Below are positions 1-11,702 of a DNA stretch of 64,000 bases, in pieces (position 1 is the first letter of the stretch; each line of letters begins with the position of its first letter). The stretch comes from Vulcanimicrobiota bacterium (GTDB lineage Bacteria; Vulcanimicrobiota; Vulcanimicrobiia; Vulcanimicrobiales; Vulcanimicrobiaceae), in assembly GCA_963820825.1 (NCBI GenBank), contig CAWGBN010000002.1, forward strand, positions 347,949 to 411,948, written 5' to 3'. Made by a program: the position numbers and the translations under genes. The notes beneath the pieces were generated by a model. The model made no database searches, was not told the origin of the DNA, and saw only the letters and a program-made list of their open reading frames with translations.

Positions 1-396
1 GAGGCGATCGCAAAGTACGGCTGTCCTGAAATCTTCAACACCGATCAAGGATGCCAATTCACCGACAAGGATTTCGTCGGCATGCTCAAGACTACGAGAT
101 CGCGATCAGCATGGACGGCCGGGGCGCCTGGCGCGACAACGTCTTCGTCGAACGCTTCTGGCGCTCGATTAAGTACGAAGAGGTCTATTTGCGTGCTTAC
201 GACTCTGCGAGCGAGGGTAAGCACTTCATCGGCCGCTACGATCGATTCTATAACGCAAACCGACCGCATTCGTCGCTCGGCGGCCAAACGCCGGACGCGG
301 TATACTTCAGTCAGGCCGACCAAAAAGGCGGCGTAACTGGCGGAGTCATCACATAACGGGTGCCGATTTCGTGTCCAAAAAACCGGCGCCACCTCT
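1..396 (+). mobile_element. 3' end of IS3-family insertion sequence (integrase core C-terminus plus right end)
   Basis: Frame 1 reads EAIAKYGCPEIFNTDQGCQF, then shifts near 90 into ISMDGRGAWRDNVFVERFWRSIKYEEVYL...YNANRPHSSLGGQTP (stop 356), typical of IS3 OrfB. TGTCCAAAAAACCGGCGCCACCTC at about 372-395 resembles an IS3-family right end. Confidence 0.85.
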
Positions 397-791
397 GTAT
401 GCGAACAAGTTCTAAAATGACACCTGCTCACAGTTCCTCCTTATGCTAAAGACCACCTCACGTCAGAGCCGCCATCTTGTTTCCAACCAGAGCCTGGATA
501 GGGGTAGATTGGCATAAGTGCCATGCCGCTTTGCAAAATCGCGAGTGCCTCAGTAACCGTAAGGTCGCCATCGGTCCAGCCATGATACGGTACGTAGCGT
601 AAGCGACATTTGTACTTGCTGGCAAGCGAACTGATCCTTCCCGTGCTGAGGTTATACAGAACGCGTGTCGTTCCAGCTCAGATCTTTACGATTCCTTGAA
701 GGTTTCACTGTAGAGTTAGCCTAACGGCTAGGCGCGTGGACGCTTTTGAGCCCCACGACTGCGTAGCGACCGATTCAGAAGGAGATTAGCT

Positions 792-1772
792 GTGCGATTT
801 CATCTGCTAGCCAGCCTGGTTATCGCCGCAGCATTTGCCGGATGCTCGAGCGCGCAACTACAACGCGGAAACCCGGCGCTGCCGAGTTCGCCGTCAAAAA
901 GCGTGCCGGCCGCCATCGGGCCGACGCCCGCGCCCATAGCGACGGCAAGTTGGGAGGACAGCATCTTTGTGGTCGACACCGGTGTCCCCGCCGTCAAGCT
1001 CTTTGCGCGCGGAACGTGGGCAGCCAATGGATCGTTCACCAATGGTGTGGCCAGTCCGTACGGCATCTGGAGTGATCAGAAATATCTCTACGTACCGAAC
1101 AGTATCAACAATGGCGCGAACGTAGAGGAGTATCGCCCCGACGATACGACTCCAATTTTTACCTATACGAACGGCCTCTCGGGCAACGCGATTAATGTTT
1201 CGACTCAGGACCTTGGCGGGGTTCACTACGTGTTCGTCGTCGTTGGCAGTACCGGCTTCGGTAACGGCTACGTTCGGCAGTTTCGTCGTGACACGAATAC
1301 GGTCATAGCGACGTGCACGCCTAACGGCCAGGGGCAGTTTGGAGTTGCTGGCGTTGCGGTCGACCCCAACGGCAACGTATTTGTTTCGTACTACGGCTCC
1401 GACAGCTCTACGCACATTGTCGAGTACGTTGGGGGCCTGGGCGGATGCGCTCAAACTCCGCTGATCACGCTACCGACAGAGGGAGCAGATATGGTTCTAG
1501 ATCATGCCGGTAGGCTGGTCCTTTGCGACGGTGTAAGCACCTGCGACATCATCAATCCGCCGTATACGAGCATATCAGGGACGCTCGGCTCCGGCTTCGA
1601 TGCTCCATTTTATGTTACGATAAATGCAACTAACCAACTCGCCTACGTGACCGACGGCTTAGGCGTTCACGTCCTCAGCTATCCCAGCGGCGCGCCGCTA
1701 CATACAATCGGTGCTTCTGCTGGCCTACATAATCCCGTCGGCGTCGTAGATTGGTTCAACTACGGTTTTTGA
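792..1772 (+). CDS. Lipoprotein, probable beta-propeller
   Basis: GGAG upstream, lipobox FAGC, NHL/SMP-30-like blades (GVAVDPNGNVFV). Confidence 0.8.
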   Translation: MRFHLLASLVIAAAFAGCSSAQLQRGNPALPSSPSKSVPAAIGPTPAPIATASWEDSIFVVDTGVPAVKLFARGTWAANGSFTNGVASPYGIWSDQKYLYVPNSINNGANVEEYRPDDTTPIFTYTNGLSGNAINVSTQDLGGVHYVFVVVGSTGFGNGYVRQFRRDTNTVIATCTPNGQGQFGVAGVAVDPNGNVFVSYYGSDSSTHIVEYVGGLGGCAQTPLITLPTEGADMVLDHAGRLVLCDGVSTCDIINPPYTSISGTLGSGFDAPFYVTINATNQLAYVTDGLGVHVLSYPSGAPLHTIGASAGLHNPVGVVDWFNYGF

Positions 1773-2134
1773 TCCGCCGCGGCCGTTTGCGTTGGCCAAT
1801 CGAACTCGGGGCAGGCAACAATGCTGCTCCAAATGCTCTGCCGCGGCAACACCGGCGCGCGCGAACCAAACCCGGAAGTGAGCGACGTGGAAGCGCCGCG
1901 CGACCAGAAGTGTTTCAACGTGCGCGCCCGTAGCCTCAAACTGTATAGAGCAGGGACTCCTAAAGCCTTAGAGCGTAGCCGTGCGTAGTCGCCGACGGTG
2001 CAAAAGCCCGTAAAGTACCCGCTTTTTCGGACGCCACCGGCAGCGCTGACGCCTTAGGGGCCTTAGGGCAACCAACCAGTCGCGTCGAACATCTTAGGGC
2101 GCTGATCCGTTCCGGGAGCTAGGAGGCACGGCCC

Positions 2135-2419
2135 ATGAGAAGGTTCGCACTCAATCGCTTCGCTCTAACCATGATCGTCGCGGGTGCATTCCTCGCGAGC
2201 TGCGACGGATCGCAACCGCAGATCGGCGCACCTGGCGCGACGAACCTGCCCATTGTCAATCGTGAGCGAAAGCGTTCCCGAACGTTGAGCTATTCGGGAA
2301 GCCCACAAAGCTTCAACGTGCCGTTCGCGCGCTGGTACCCGTATCTCCACCTATTTCCGGCGGCGTCAGTGCTGCCGGCGCTCGCCGCTGCCAGAGGCGA
2401 AGTCTTTATTATTTCTTGA
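2135..2419 (+). pseudogene. Truncated lipoprotein remnant (SQPQIGAPGA leader)
   Basis: AGGAGG RBS, lipobox LASC, leader DGSQPQIGAPGA like those of 55868-57133 and 57174-58160, then only a short body (LSYSGSPQSFNVP...). Confidence 0.5.
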
Positions 2420-2497
2420 CTATTGTGAGGTAGCTTTAGCTGTTAAGCAAACAGGCGCCATTTAGGCCCCGACGCTAGCTTCTATCGGGAGTGGCTC

Positions 2498-3523
2498 ATG
2501 CGATTTCATCGGACACTTCTGACCGCGACGATCGGGGCCATGCTGATCGCTGCGTGCACGAACGCGCAGTCTGAGATAGGTAGCTCGACGTTGCCTCGCT
2601 CGCCCGTACGTGTCGGGCCGGACGCGCCCGGGCCAACGCCGGCACCGCTGGCAACAGCGAGCTGGGAGCAGAGCCTCTTCATTAACGACGTCGTGACCGT
2701 GAACAACGGTGTGTGCAGCACCTCTTGTCCGACCAAGCTCTTCAAGAACGGTACCTGGACTGCTAACGGATCTTTCAACACCAGCGGATACCCCATGGGC
2801 CTCTGGAGCGATCAGAAATATTTGTACGTCCCCAACTTCGTTAACGCGACCACCGCAAGTGTAAACGAGTATCGCCCCAACGATCCTTCACCGATCTTCT
2901 CCTATTCGAACGGTTTGACATTCGTCACATCTGTGTCGACCCAGCTGCTGGGGAACGTACATTACGTGTTCGTTACGGGAGGATACAACACGAACTACGA
3001 GGCGAACTTCGTTCAGCAGTACCAGCGGGACACAAACACGATTATTGCCACGTGCTACCCCCATGGCAACGTAAATCTCATGGGCGTCGCCGTCGCTCCT
3101 AACGGAAACGTATTCGTCGACTACAACGACAGTCTCGACGTCGGGCACCTCGTCGAGTACGTCGGGGGCCTGGCCGGATGTAACGCAACGCCGTTGCCGA
3201 TGACCTTCCTGGGACATGTGACCGGGATAGCGCTCGACAACGCCGGAAGGCTCTTGATTTGCAACACTCACGGTGCGGCGGCCATCGACGTCATCGACCC
3301 GCCGTATACCAGCATATCCGGAACGCTTGGCTCGGGCTTCATGTTCCCGGATTCCATCTCGATCAATGCAAACAATAACCTTGCCTTCGTTGCCGATGGG
3401 CTCCTTGAGCAAGTCAGAGTGCTCCAATACCCAAGCGGCGCACTCGTTCAGACGATTGGTACCGCCAATGGGTTGAACGGGCCGCGCGGTGGCGCCGTGG
3501 AGTGGGTCAACTACGGCTTTTAG
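2498..3523 (+). CDS. Lipoprotein, beta-propeller, paralogue of 792-1772
   Basis: Lipobox IAAC. Shares GPTPAP.ATASWE, G.WSDQKYLYVPN, PPYTSISGTLGSGF and terminal W.NYGF with 792-1772. Confidence 0.8.
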   Translation: MRFHRTLLTATIGAMLIAACTNAQSEIGSSTLPRSPVRVGPDAPGPTPAPLATASWEQSLFINDVVTVNNGVCSTSCPTKLFKNGTWTANGSFNTSGYPMGLWSDQKYLYVPNFVNATTASVNEYRPNDPSPIFSYSNGLTFVTSVSTQLLGNVHYVFVTGGYNTNYEANFVQQYQRDTNTIIATCYPHGNVNLMGVAVAPNGNVFVDYNDSLDVGHLVEYVGGLAGCNATPLPMTFLGHVTGIALDNAGRLLICNTHGAAAIDVIDPPYTSISGTLGSGFMFPDSISINANNNLAFVADGLLEQVRVLQYPSGALVQTIGTANGLNGPRGGAVEWVNYGF

Positions 3524-3730
3524 TCGGTCTACGGCTTAACCAGCTCGAACGAAATCGTCGTGCCTGTAGAGAGCGCCGGCAACAGCGGCAGCGGCGTATA
3601 CGGCGACGTGCCGGCGCCGATGCCGATCGGCGAATGCTTCTGTTCCATCGGATTCGATCTAATAGCGCTCTGGCTGGACCGGCCGAGTTCCAATCTTGGC
3701 TGACTTAGGCTGCACATGGCTGCACCCAAG

Positions 3731-3764
3731 ACAAAAGGCCCGCTTCGTAAACGGGCCTTTGTTT
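3731..3764. terminator. Intrinsic terminator downstream of tRNA-Asn, possibly bidirectional
   Basis: ACAAAAGGCCCG-CTTCGTAAA-CGGGCCTTTGTTT hairpin with A/T tracts on both sides. Confidence 0.8.
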
Positions 3765-3766
3765 AA

Positions 3767-3842
3767 TGGCTCCGGATGCTGGACTCGAACCAGCGACCCG
3801 CTGATTAACAGTCAGCTGCTCTACCAACTGAGCTAATCCGGA
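3767..3842 (-). tRNA. tRNA-Asn (GTT)
   Basis: Reverse complement is TCCGGATTAGCTCAGTTGGTAGAGCAGCTGACTGTTAATCAGCGGGTCGCTGGTTCGAGTCCAGCATCCGGAGCCA: 76 nt, anticodon GTT, encoded CCA. Confidence 0.97.
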
Positions 3843-3902
3843 ACGTGCCGGGTGGTCGAAATGACCGGCGGACCGGGTTCCACAGGTCCGGCGGAGCCCC
3901 TT

Positions 3903-4391
3903 CTAGCGGCCGAAGTGGCGCCCTGCCAACGAGTTATCGACCATCATGGCCACGGGGACGCCGAAAAAGAGCGTATGCGCCACGAGGATGTTAATCAGGT
4001 GCGGCGTCGACAACGGGACGCGGACGGCGTGGCCGAGCGGTACGACGCCATAGATCATCACGACCATGACAACGATGCCATAGCAAAGGCCCATGATGGC
4101 CGGATAGCGGCGCACGAGCGGCAACGCCTCATATAACATCGTAAAGATGATTGCCCAGACCAACGAGACGACGAAGTCGGCCCCGAGACCCCGCAGCGCC
4201 ATGCCCCAGCCGCCGCGGAAGGCAGCGACCCCGTAGAAGTTCGAGGCGTCCCATTGCAAGACTTGCAGGAAGGATTGTATGAGCCGAACGTGCTCCACAA
4301 GGCAACGCTCGACCGCGAGATAAACGGTAATCGCGATCAATCCGGCAATGGCCGCGGCGATGGATGCACTGAGGAATCGAGAGGTCGTCAT
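3903..4391 (-). CDS. Hypothetical membrane protein (about 4 TM)
   Basis: Four hydrophobic segments, C-terminal AHTLFFG. Confidence 0.7.
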   Translation of the reverse strand: MTTSRFLSASIAAAIAGLIAITVYLAVERCLVEHVRLIQSFLQVLQWDASNFYGVAAFRGGWGMALRGLGADFVVSLVWAIIFTMLYEALPLVRRYPAIMGLCYGIVVMVVMIYGVVPLGHAVRVPLSTPHLINILVAHTLFFGVPVAMMVDNSLAGRHFGR

Positions 4392-4420
4392 CTAGCTCAG
4401 ACCTTCGAGCCGATGCCTAC

Positions 4421-5416
4421 GTGACGCCTTCAGCGGAGAAGCCGCAGCTCCGGAAGTATACTCCCGCCATGGTGGAGCGTACGAAGCGCGGTCGCGCAAC
4501 GGTGGAGATTCCGGCGGACGTCGACGACGCGGCCGTCGAGGTCGACGGACGCCAGGTCGCGCTGACGAATCTGCGCAAGATCTACTTTCCGAAGCTTAAG
4601 CTGACCAAAGGTGATCTTCTTCGCTACTACGCGAGCGTCGCCGGCGTGCTGCTGCCGCATATCCGCAACCGCGCCATGGTCATGAAGCGCTATCCGCACG
4701 GCGTTACCGGCGACTTCTTCTACATGAAGCGCACGCCGTCGCCGCGGCCGCCCTGGATCCGCACCTGCCCGATCGAGCACCGCTCGGGCAACGTCATCGA
4801 CTTTGCGGTCATCGACGATCTGCCGTCGCTGCTTTGGCTGATCAACCTCGGCTGCATCGACCTCAATCCCTGGTACTCGCTCTGCGACGATCCGGACCGG
4901 CCGCTCTACATCCACTTCGACATGGACCCCACCGCCGAGACGCCGTTTGCCGTCGTCCGCGAAGGCGCGTTGATCGTCGCCGAGGTGCTCCGCGGGCTGG
5001 GGATGACGCCGTTCGTCAAGACGACCGGCAGCCGCGGCGTTCACATCTACGTCGGCATTCGCCGCGGCCCGACGCAGCATGAGGTTTGGGCGATCGCCAA
5101 AGAGATCGGCCATCAAATCGCGCGCGCGCATCCCGACGTGCTCACCGCCGAGTATCGCATCGCCAAACGCCCGCATAACCGCGTGCTCGTCGACTACAAC
5201 CAGAACGCATGGGGCAAGACTCTCGCGTCGATCTACTCCGTGCGCGCAAACGAAGAAGCGGCCGTCTCGACGCCGATCACGTGGGAGGAGCTCGAAAACG
5301 GCTGCGAGATCGAAGATTTCACGGTCTTCAACGTTCCCGAGCGCGTCGCGCGCATCGGCGATCTGTGGAAGCCGCTGCTGAGCGATCGCAAGCGGTTCGT
5401 GCTCGATGGCGTTTGA
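4421..5416 (+). CDS. Stand-alone LigD polymerase-domain (PolDom/Prim-Pol) protein
   Basis: LTNLRKIYFP, TKGDLLRYY, KRYPHG, FDMDP, KTTGSRGVHI, DYNQN, VSTPITWEEL. Confidence 0.92.
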   Translation: MTPSAEKPQLRKYTPAMVERTKRGRATVEIPADVDDAAVEVDGRQVALTNLRKIYFPKLKLTKGDLLRYYASVAGVLLPHIRNRAMVMKRYPHGVTGDFFYMKRTPSPRPPWIRTCPIEHRSGNVIDFAVIDDLPSLLWLINLGCIDLNPWYSLCDDPDRPLYIHFDMDPTAETPFAVVREGALIVAEVLRGLGMTPFVKTTGSRGVHIYVGIRRGPTQHEVWAIAKEIGHQIARAHPDVLTAEYRIAKRPHNRVLVDYNQNAWGKTLASIYSVRANEEAAVSTPITWEELENGCEIEDFTVFNVPERVARIGDLWKPLLSDRKRFVLDGV

Positions 5417-6419
5417 CGGCTTGCTCCTGCGGCCGCCGGTCGAGCCGATGGAGACACGCCAGACGCCGAAGATCCCCGAGGGCGCGGAGTGGTCGTACGA
5501 GCCGAAATGGGACGGCTTTCGCTGCCTCGCCTTCCGCGACGGCACCGCGATCGAGCTGCAATCGAAATCGGGCGAGACGCTCACGCGCTACTTCCCCGAG
5601 ATCGTCGCCGCCCTCGCAAAAGCGCGCTCGCAGAAGTTCGTCATCGACGGCGAGCTCTTGATCGCGGGCGAAACCGAATCCGATTTCGACGCACTGCTGC
5701 AGCGGATTCATCCCGCCGAAAGCCGCGTGCGCAGACTCGCCGTCGAGACCCCGGCGGCCTACGTGCTCTTCGACTTGCTCGTCGACGGAGGCGACGCGCT
5801 CTACGAGCGTCCGCTGCGCGCGCGGCGGGAACGGCTCGAAGCGTACGTCGAGCGTAACTTCGCCGAGAATCGCACGATCCGGCTCTCACCGGCAACCGAC
5901 GATGCGGCGCTGGCAAAGCGCTGGCTCGGAGGAAGTCTCGCCCGTCTCGACGGGATCATCGCCAAGCGCGACGTGCCCTATGCGTTCGGCACTCGCGATG
6001 CCGTCGTCAAAATCAAACGGCGCTACACCGCCGATTGCGTGGTCGGCGGATTCCGCGCGGCAAAAGACGGTTCGATCGCCTCGCTCTTGCTCGGCCTATA
6101 CGACGATGACGGGAAACTCCATCACGTCGGTTTCGTCGGCTCGATGAGTGCCGCCGAGCGCAAGCGCGCCGGCGAGCTGCTGCGCCCGATCGTCGAACCG
6201 CCCGGATTCACCGGCAACGCGCCCGGCGGTCCGAGCCGCTGGCGGCGCGAGCAAGACGCACCGTGGTTTCCGGTGCGGCCGGAGATCGTGGTCGAGGTCT
6301 CCTTCGATCACGTGACCGGACACCGTTTTCGTCACGCGACGCGGCTCTTGCGCTGGCGCGCCGACAAAGCGCCGCGCCAGTGCACGATGGAGCAGTTACT
6401 CTCCCCTACGGAATCGTGA
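5406..6419 (+). CDS. ATP-dependent DNA ligase, LigC-like
   Basis: [46 protein letters not shown]. Overlaps the upstream gene. Confidence 0.92.
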   Translation: MAFDGLLLRPPVEPMETRQTPKIPEGAEWSYEPKWDGFRCLAFRDGTAIELQSKSGETLTRYFPEIVAALAKARSQKFVIDGELLIAGETESDFDALLQRIHPAESRVRRLAVETPAAYVLFDLLVDGGDALYERPLRARRERLEAYVERNFAENRTIRLSPATDDAALAKRWLGGSLARLDGIIAKRDVPYAFGTRDAVVKIKRRYTADCVVGGFRAAKDGSIASLLLGLYDDDGKLHHVGFVGSMSAAERKRAGELLRPIVEPPGFTGNAPGGPSRWRREQDAPWFPVRPEIVVEVSFDHVTGHRFRHATRLLRWRADKAPRQCTMEQLLSPTES

Positions 6420-7032
6420 GGTTCTGCTGGAGCTCGACGGTGACGGGCTGGCCCTTAGGAACGATAATCGGCTCGTTGTCGGCCTGCGCGTAAATGTATC
6501 CGCCGACCGTCGTTGAGGGTCGGTTCGAAACGCTGACGCTTCCGCCGCTGCCGATGCGCGCTTGCCATGCAATCGGTCCCGGCGTCACAAAGCCGTTGGG
6601 CACCGTCCCCGCCGACATCATCTGCTGACGGGCCGCGCTCTGGCCGGCCGGATTGAACGGCGTGACGCGTTTGCTCACGACGTAAGCCACGATCGGTTTT
6701 TTCGTGCCGTTCGGCAGCACGATCGTCGTTAAGAAGAAACCGACCTTCGTTCGCGTCGAGCCGGACGGCTGCACGACGTCGGTAATGTAGCCGTGAATCT
6801 CGGCACCGACGAGTGCGGGATGCGACGGGTCGGTGACCTTCAGTTTGAACTCGTCGCCGTATTTTGCCGTCGCCGAGTTGAACGACTCGTCGAGCACGGT
6901 GTTGATCTTCGTTCCGGCCTTATAGGTCTGCGAGGGAACGAGCGTCGTTGCGCCCGCCGGCGCCAATGCCGCGGCGCAGACCGAGGCCATCAGCGCGAAC
7001 GCCGCGATTTTAACTTGCAAAGTTCGGAACAC
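6406..7032 (-). CDS. Hypothetical secreted protein
   Basis: GTG start at 7032, signal peptide [20 protein letters not shown], beta-rich body ending [17 protein letters not shown]. Confidence 0.7.
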   Translation of the reverse strand: MFRTLQVKIAAFALMASVCAAALAPAGATTLVPSQTYKAGTKINTVLDESFNSATAKYGDEFKLKVTDPSHPALVGAEIHGYITDVVQPSGSTRTKVGFFLTTIVLPNGTKKPIVAYVVSKRVTPFNPAGQSAARQQMMSAGTVPNGFVTPGPIAWQARIGSGGSVSVSNRPSTTVGGYIYAQADNEPIIVPKGQPVTVELQQNLTIP

Positions 7033-8239
7033 GTAGTTGCTCCCCATCGAACGCGGTCGCCGCCCGGAGCGCTTCAACGCGATCGACGCGCTCCCACGGC
7101 AGATCGAGGTCCGGACGGCCGAAGTGACCGTACGCCGCCGTTTGCTTGTAGATCGGACGGCGCAGATCGAGATGATGGATGATCGCCGCCGGCCGCAGAT
7201 CGAAGAGTTCGAGCACGGCCTTTGCGATCCGCTCTTCGGCGATGCTGTCCGGTGCCGAACGTTTCGACGAGCACGCTCATCGGGTGCGCGACGCCGATCG
7301 CGTAGGCGACCTGGACTTCGCAGCGGTCGGCAAGCCCCGCGGCGACGATGTTCTTCGCGACCCAGCGGGCGGCGTAGGCGCCGGAGCGGTCGACCTTGGT
7401 CGGGTCCTTGCCGGAGAAGGCGCCGCCGCCGTGGCGGGCCATGCCGCCGTAGGTGTCGGCGATGATCTTGCGGCCGGTCAGACCGGCGTCGCCCTTCGGA
7501 CCGCCGATGACGAACCGGCCGGTCGGGTTGACGTAGACGCGCGTCTGCGCGTCCGCATGGACTGCGGAATGACGTGATCGATGACGCGCTCGGTGATCTC
7601 GCGACGGATCTCCTCGAGCGGAATCGTCGGGATCGTGCTGGGTCGAGATGACGACCGCGTCGACGCGCACCGGCCGGTCGCCGTCGTACTCGACCGTTAC
7701 CTGCGATTTGCCGTCGGGACGCAGGTAGGGGATGTCGTCGTTCTTGCGCACCGCGGCCAGATGACGGGTGAGATTGTGCGCGAGCACGATCGGCAGCGGC
7801 ATCAGCTCGCGCGGTCTCGCGGCAGGCGTAACCGAACATCATGCCCTGGTCGCCGGCACCGAGCAGCTCGAACTCATCGTGTATCGCCCGCTCTTTGGCT
7901 TCGAGCGACTTGTCGACGCCCATGCGCGATGTCGGGCGACTGCTCGTCGATCGAGACGCTGACGCCGCAGGTCTCGGCGTCGAAGCCGATCGCGCGAGCG
8001 CGTGTAGCCGATGTCGCGCACCGTCTCGCGCACGATCCGCGGGATGTCGACGTAGGTCTTGGTCGTGACCTCGCCGGCGATGTGGATCTGGCCGGTGATC
8101 GCGAACGTCTCGACCGCAACGCGCGAGTAGGGATCGTCTTTGAGGATCGCGTCGAGCACGGCATCGGAGATCTGGTCGGCGATCTTGTCGGGATGGCCCT
8201 CGGTCACCGACTCGCTGGTGAAGAGCCGCTTGTAGGCCA

Positions 8240-8240
<1 letters not shown>
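7010..8240 (-). CDS. metK: S-adenosylmethionine synthetase (frameshifted in this sequence)
   Basis: [47 protein letters not shown] and TAAYGHFGR are spread over several frames. Confidence 0.93.
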
Positions 8241-9517
<1,277 letters not shown>

Positions 9518-9583
9518 CTATAACTCCTGCAGGGCGAAAAAGGCTCGCGGGCTTTTCGCAACCTATCGGCCAACCCCTGGTGC

Positions 9584-10168
9584 GTGGAACGCTTCGACCT
9601 CTACCTCGAACGTCTCGCCTCGAGCGAGGCCGTCCCCGGAGGCGGAAGCGCCGCCGCCGTCGTCGCCGCAATCGCCGCCGCGCTCGTCGCGATGGTCGGA
9701 CGGATTACCGCGACCCCGGTGGAGGGACTCGTCGAACGCGCCGACCGCCTGCGAACCGAGCTCGACGAGGCCCGGCGGCGCGATGAGGAAGCCTATGCCG
9801 CGGTCGTCGCCGCGCAAGCTCTTCCCAAAGGAAGCGAGAGCGAACGCGCCGCGCGGCGCCACGCCGTCGAGGAAGCGCTCAGGCGCGCCGCGCAGGCCCC
9901 GCTCGATGCGGCCGCGCTTGCGCTCGGCGTTCTCGAGCTCGTCGAGCGGCTGATGAAAATCCACATGGGGGCGCTGGTGAGCGACGTCGGCTGCGCCGCC
10001 GAGTTCGCTCATGCCGCAGTGATTGCATGCGGCTACAACGTGCGCGTCAACCATCGCTACATGCGCGACGAGGAGGCGATTCGCGAACAAGCCGCGACGC
10101 TGGTTCGCTATGAGGGCAAGGCCTCTCGAATCTTGGAACGCGCCCGCGACGCCGTCGCTAAAGGTTGA
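9584..10168 (+). CDS. Cyclodeaminase/cyclohydrolase (FTCD C-terminal-like) family protein
   Basis: LASSEAVPGGGSAAA, SDVGCAA, NVRVN. Confidence 0.85.
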   Translation: MERFDLYLERLASSEAVPGGGSAAAVVAAIAAALVAMVGRITATPVEGLVERADRLRTELDEARRRDEEAYAAVVAAQALPKGSESERAARRHAVEEALRRAAQAPLDAAALALGVLELVERLMKIHMGALVSDVGCAAEFAHAAVIACGYNVRVNHRYMRDEEAIREQAATLVRYEGKASRILERARDAVAKG

Positions 10169-11702
10169 GGTAGGTCGCGGCGGCCATCCCGCCCAGGATC
10201 TGCCCGGCGACCTCGCCGGTATCCTCATCGTGCGGACCGTTCATCGCGCCGATGTAGAACGCGAAGGCCACGTGCCGGCCGCCCTTGGTTGTGATGTACC
10301 CCGCAAGGCCTTTCTCCACGATCCCGCCGTCGTTCAAATAGTTGGTGCTGCCGTCGGTTCCGGTCTTCGCAAAGACCTTGCCGGCCGCGGGAGACTTCTT
10401 TTGAATGGCGACCAGCGTACCGTCGACGCCCATGATCGGCAGACCGCGCAGCAAATACTGGTACCAGCTCTGCATCCGCGCCCAGGCCAGATAGCGGACC
10501 ATGAAATCGGGCGTGAAGTACGCGCCGCCGTAACCGTCCCATTGCGCGGCTTGATTCACGTCGAGTCCGGCATTACTCAACATCCGCGCCTCGAGCGCAA
10601 AACCAGCTTTGAGGTAATCGCTCTTGGCTTTCGCCAAATAGACGCCCCACATATACGGCATCAGCGCGGCGTGCAGATTGTCGCTGACCTTCAGCGTTAT
10701 ATACGCATCTTCCGATAGCGGCGGCGATACGTGTTTGGCGACGAGTTTCGAAGCGTCGTAATTGCGCATCACATCGGGGTTACCTAGTGACGGCCCCGGA
10801 AGAGAGCTCGTGACGTCGTGCGACAGCACAGTCATTTCTGACGGTTGGATGGCTACGCCGGCATCGGTCAAGGCAACCGTGAACGCTGCCTCGGCGAAGC
10901 GTTTGGGATCCGGCACGCGATAGGCGTACAAGACAGAAGGACCGACCGGCTGCGAACCGGCGATCGTGACGACGTGGTATCCGTCCGAATTTTTAGCGTC
11001 GGCGCTCATGTCGATCGTCGCGTCGCTCTTCGCGGCGCCCGTCGTCGCTTTGCTGACGAATCGAACATACGGCGTTTGCGGCGAGACCGAGATCGAAACC
11101 GGATCGCCCGGATGCGCGCCGGGCGTCACCGTGACGTCGACGACGTTGTCGTTGACGGTAATAGCGGAGAGCGTCGTGCCGGTTCCGTCCTCGCTTCCCT
11201 GATCCGGAAAGAGGCTCGTATCTACGACGACGCGCCCGCGGACGGTTTTGATCCCCGCCTTCGCGATCTGCGCCGCGAGGTCACGCAGCACCGCGAGCGG
11301 GTCGCCGGGAACGGCCTTCGTCTCCGGGGAGCCGTCGTAGGCGTGATCCTCGTTCTCGAAGGCGAGCGTGCCGTCGGGTTGGATGCGTTGCGAGAGATTC
11401 GGATCGCCGCTTGCAACGAGCACGAGATCACCGTGTAGCGCGCCCTGCGCGTCGATCGACCCTCGAACGTAGACCGGCGTCGTCCAGCGGAAGTCGTGGC
11501 CGAGCAGCGCGAGACTCGTCCCTTCCGTCAGGAGCTTCGTCGTGGAAGCCGGCACCATGAGGATGCCGGGGTTGCGCGCGTAGAGCACGCGATGGGAGTC
11601 GAGATCGTAGACTTCGCCGGCGACGACCGAGTTCTTGAGACGGAGCGTCCGCGTCGGCGCGTTGATGGCGAGTGCCAGCGCCGCCGTCGCGGCAGCGATC
11701 AC
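10158..11702 (-). CDS. dacB: D-alanyl-D-alanine carboxypeptidase/endopeptidase (peptidase S13, PBP4)
   Basis: PASTTKL (SxxK), SDN, AKTGT, GDLVLVASGDP. Confidence 0.9.
   Translation of the reverse strand: MIAAATAALALAINAPTRTLRLKNSVVAGEVYDLDSHRVLYARNPGILMVPASTTKLLTEGTSLALLGHDFRWTTPVYVRGSIDAQGALHGDLVLVASGDPNLSQRIQPDGTLAFENEDHAYDGSPETKAVPGDPLAVLRDLAAQIAKAGIKTVRGRVVVDTSLFPDQGSEDGTGTTLSAITVNDNVVDVTVTPGAHPGDPVSISVSPQTPYVRFVSKATTGAAKSDATIDMSADAKNSDGYHVVTIAGSQPVGPSVLYAYRVPDPKRFAEAAFTVALTDAGVAIQPSEMTVLSHDVTSSLPGPSLGNPDVMRNYDASKLVAKHVSPPLSEDAYITLKVSDNLHAALMPYMWGVYLAKAKSDYLKAGFALEARMLSNAGLDVNQAAQWDGYGGAYFTPDFMVRYLAWARMQSWYQYLLRGLPIMGVDGTLVAIQKKSPAAGKVFAKTGTDGSTNYLNDGGIVEKGLAGYITTKGGRHVAFAFYIGAMNGPHDEDTGEVAGQILGGMAAATYLNL

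Noticed and set aside
1965..2100. Short CTTAG(G/A)G repeats in an intergenic region
   Set aside because: Only about 7-8 bp with irregular spacing; no function can be supported.
3529..3729. 66-aa minus-strand ORF downstream of tRNA-Asn
   Set aside because: No RBS or recognisable domain; at most a gene remnant.
6406..7923. Apparent MetK-secreted protein fusion (505 aa)
   Set aside because: Artefact of metK frameshifts joining one frame to the downstream gene.
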